Origin: Phoronis australis
Lineage: Eukaryota; Animalia; Phoronida
Length of the DNA stretch: 64,000 bases
Direction: 5' to 3'
Assembly: GCA_002633005.1 (NCBI GenBank)
Contig: NMRA01000084.1
Location: forward strand, 172,320 to 236,319
The notes beneath the pieces are model-generated. The model did no database searches, was not told the origin of the DNA, and saw only the letters and a program-made list of their open reading frames with translations. The stretch's first letter is position 1; each line of letters starts with the position of its first letter. Shown piece by piece: positions 52,372-64,000 of this stretch. The position numbers and the translations under genes were made by a program.

Positions 52372-53329
52372 TCGTTCATTGTCCAATGACTGCCGAGGTT
52401 ACATCAACCAATGATTAAGCGCGAGCTACCTCCTGCTACCTGCTTGCTTGCTACCACCTAGGGGCACGAAATGGAACCAGCGAAGACTAACTAATACAAC
52501 TACAAGAAGCCGTAATTAACTGAAAAAATGCCTGGGATAATCAACCAACCCTATTTTTCTAAAAATGACATGCAAAACTGAACTGAGTTGAGCTGTCTCA
52601 AACATGCAAGGTGAACACAAGGTTGAAATTTATTATTTTCTTACTACATGAATCTCTCCCAATTCTTTACTAACTTTATCAATTTGCAGCGCATAATTTG
52701 AGATGTCAAATATTGTTTGAGACTTCACATTAACGGGTTTTCTTTTCATGGAGTGAAAGCCGCAGGCGACACCGAGAAGAACGCGTTTGTAATCCATTTT
52801 TAAATCAAACTACATGTACGTCACATGTCATACATGTACTTGATCAGCTCGCTAAATGTCGCAAGTGTAAAGTTTATGAGAGACTGGGACGCGTTTGCGC
52901 ACGGGCGCGTTGAGTTGGTCGCATGTTTCATGGAATCGAAGAGTACATCGGAGAGCCCACGGCCCAGTGAAAAGGCTTTTCACAGAAATCGATGTTTAGC
53001 TAGCGTTTCTACAAGGTTCTGTAGTTGGTTACCGCTACGATTTTGACATAAAGAAGCAGCTGGGCGCTAGTCGGCACCACAGGTAAGCCTTCCGTCCCAA
53101 ATGGAAGAAACACATTTGTAACAACACATCCACCTACCAGGAGGACCAGGGAGACTAAGCAATCAGCCTGAGGGTGTCGTCCGCACCGCGCAATGTGCGG
53201 CAGGTGACCCAAGACCACGTACGTCTTTCAGAAATATTGCTTGCAAGCAAAACATGGCCATAATTACTAAGAAATCTATTGCGTTCAGATATTTTATGTA
53301 CCCTCAGCTAAACATGCGCATTCCGGTAA

Positions 53330-54830
53330 ATCTCCCCGGCGAGGTTGCGGAAGACTAATTTTTTCTACAGAATTGGGAACAGACACTCTTGTTCATTATT
53401 CAACAAGAGTGTCTGTAGGCTGTCCCTTAGAACATTTATGAGCACCCAGGCAGCACATCAGGTTTGTTTCCAAGTTGTCACCAAATGGAACGGATCAGCT
53501 CTCAGTAAAAGTGACATGACTGCTGGGAAAAGGCAGTCGAGGAAACCAATTAAAATTTCAAATAACTGTCCATACCTTCCTGCGACTTGCGATAAACGGG
53601 AATAAAGATCTGTGTTCATTTTGAATCCAAGGAATCAGTGTGTGGCGTAAGATCATTTAACGCAAGTGCTCGTGCCCCGCAACGATTGTACATGTATGCG
53701 TACCGTGGGTCTCAAAGACGCATACTTTTGCATTCTTTTAGGTGACTATCACAGGTTCTCCCCTAGCTTTTTTGGCAAGGCAAGACGCACCATCTTCGTG
53801 TGCTGTCGTTGGATCTAGTCTATTGATCTTGGTTAAGAACGTTCAAGTAATAGCTGAAGGTAGTAACGGCCACTGAGAATTTGTTTGGTAATCTATCAGG
53901 ACGACACTGCCGTCCTCAACCAGTCAAACAGAAAGGAAATTCGTCCTGTCGATGTTATACATGCTGGGTTTCGTCACCATCTGAGAAAATAGCAGCTAAA
54001 AACAATTCAAGATGTGGAATGCGTTGGATTTCCAATAAAGTCTGTTCTCATACTACCAGTAGTCAATCAATACAAAGTGCAAAGCGTTTAAGAAAAGTAC
54101 GAAGCGATGCTGACTAAGCAAGAAACAAAAGCTTTCCAAATAGATAGCAACACTAAGTGCCTCCATCTTGATAGTTCTCCCAGTCCTTCTGCTTTATCGG
54201 CACCTGGAAATGCAGAAATCAAAAGCGTTGCTGGACGAGAATTGAAAGTACGAGGTCAGAGTACACCTTTCTGTGGAATGCAAACAAGAACTGCAGTGTT
54301 GGACTTAGTACATGTACGTCGGTCAGTGGAATGGGCGGGTGATAATTACCCCAGTTCCCAATTTTGTCATCTTCGCTGATGCCTCCAAGACAGTTAGGCT
54401 GGGCTGCAATGTGCAATGGTCTCACCAACCCGAGGACAGTGGGTTCCACATAAAAATAATTTCCCACCAATGTTTTGAAACTCACAGGGGCCATGTTTGT
54501 CCTGGTATCATATTCGAAGGACATGTGCAACATTCATGAACGCGTGGCGACACTGACTCGGCTAAACAAGACGGGAGGCCATCGCTCACGAGACCTGTTC
54601 CAAGTCACTCGAGATTTGTGACAATACTAGTTGATGTCTCCAAAGCTGTTCCAAAAGCTTGAAAGGCTAGGATCCGATCCAGGTCGACTTGTCCAGGGAT
54701 AGATCGACTGCACAAGACACGCGTTACGTCACCTAGAAACCAGGCTCACATTGTAACGGCTGTGTATGCCTTGCCTCTCGACTGGTGCATGATGGATGGG
54801 CGTTTACTTCACCTTCGTTTTGTTTGATCA
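53330..54830 (+). mobile_element. Heavily decayed DIRS-type (tyrosine recombinase retrotransposon) pol region
   Basis: GLKDAYF (RT DLKDAYF, ~53710); IFADASK..GC and HIN-like RNase H with a QDGRPS-like GG motif (~54370-54580); VDL..RYVT..P..W..FT-PSFCLI resembling the DIRS MT domain. Many frameshifts. Confidence 0.65.
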
Positions 54831-55579
54831 GAACATGCCTGGTCATCTAAGTCAAACCAGAGACTAGCTGACAGTTGGAACAAACCCGTCTGGGAATTCT
54901 AACTTCATGTATTGGAGTCATTATCAATACTTTGGTCATAAAATGCATTTCCCATACCTATGCGTGAAGACTAGGTACATGAATTCACGTAAATCAAGAC
55001 CGGGGGGCCATTCTGTACTCGAAACCGAACTCAAAACTATTTTTGACACTTTTCATTTTACTTTTGTGCATTCTCAAGGTAACGGTCTAGTACTGTGTGC
55101 TCAAGTACATACAGGTGTAGTCGTTTATTTTGATGATAGTCTATAATCCTGGTTTCTAGCTGATGACCTTAGCATTTACGCTATGAATTTGAGCGTTTAC
55201 TCGAAATCTTGAGTTGATACAAAAGTTTTTAGTTACAATGTAGAATCGAGGGCTCATCTCATGCGAACTTTGATTGAGTTTGCACAAAAAGTAGAACGTG
55301 AAATGTCAATAACCTCTTCGAGTTCGATTTCTAGTACAAACATAAGACGTCAGAGCCTGCTATCTTTAAAAGTATTTAGTTCAACACACTTTATGTTGAA
55401 CGCACTTACATGTACTATGCCTTATCTTTGATATGATACAGCGAGTAGGATCAGTTTGACATGCTATTAAATTGAGCCCACGGCGATGAACTGTTGTTAA
55501 GCGAAGTTGAGTGTAACCGAGCAGGACGTTTGGGAAAGGTACATAAAAAGCGTTTACTTGTACTGACAACTGAAATAAC

Positions 55580-63266
<7,687 letters not shown>

Positions 63267-64000
63267 GTATAGATTACGATCTCTATGAAACAGGAACGCT
63301 TCACTAATGGATTTACAATGCTGATGCAATTTTTACCAACGTGCGCGGTTGTGAATTCTAATGCTGAAAAGTTCACAACTTATTAAAAGCAGAAGTCACA
63401 ATCTGACAACATCGAAATCGGGATCATGGTTAATCTGAAAGGTTTTGTCCAAGCAACCCCAGAGCATTCACGCTGTGGTGGAATACAGTAAGTGTGTTAC
63501 CAAAAGCTGCTTTCGCTTTTTACTAGTCGTTTATGAGAAATTTCCAAGTCACCGAAGAGCCTAATGCCCACGCACAACGTATTCCCAACTTGAAATCGTG
63601 GATTTGCGAATGAAAATAAGGCGACTTTGACAAAAGATCTAATGATGTAAGTGCATGCCTGCATTTGCTGTCAATGGGAGTGAAATTTGAAAGCTTGTGG
63701 CAAACTTCATCTTTTATTTTCAGTGTTTTTTCAAAAATTGGTGGAAATTCTCGTCCAGGCCGAAGTGAACAAGTTTCCCTTCGCGTTATGAAAAGACAGT
63801 TTACCCAAAAATTATTTAAACGATATATTTCGAAAAGCATTCATAATTTTAAACGACGATCCAAGCAGAGTTTATTGAATTATTTCTCCAGATGCACAAT
63901 CGCAACCTGCACTTTGCTTCTAGTGCATGTGAATACGAGAAACCCTTTCAAATTCTTAATACCTATAGATAATTTGTAATTCGCAGTTACCTAAACAGAG

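Noticed and set aside
63267-64000. Final HAO exon (G..GV..VL.IL..E) and ORFs 63523-63840 / 63665-63979
   Set aside because: No AG-preceded frame matches the family C-terminus, and the ORFs show no recognisable motif. The last exon(s) probably lie beyond the window.

Overview
AT-rich, repeat-dense eukaryotic genomic DNA, probably from a marine invertebrate (inferred from the transposon families; the species cannot be determined). One intact host gene is visible: a spliced FMN-dependent 2-hydroxyacid oxidase (HAO1/HAO2 family) on the + strand. It has 7 coding exons (55580-63266, 320 codons) and its last exon(s) were not found in the window. It keeps the catalytic core but has substitutions at FMN-binding residues. 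The rest is mostly transposon debris: two copies of an internally deleted Academ-type element, a Tc1/mariner, Gypsy pol plus LTR, an RTEX-type LINE, DIRS pol, three THAP-domain relics, Helentron-like elements, MITEs with 5-bp TSDs and microsatellites. Four single-N joins are present. The most unusual signal is an intronless 105-aa PHD-finger-like ORF (23059-23376). It is immediately followed by two perfect replication-dependent histone-mRNA-type stem-loops and a candidate U7 downstream element, and preceded by an E2F-like site and two CCAAT boxes. This looks like a non-histone gene carrying histone-mRNA 3' end signals.
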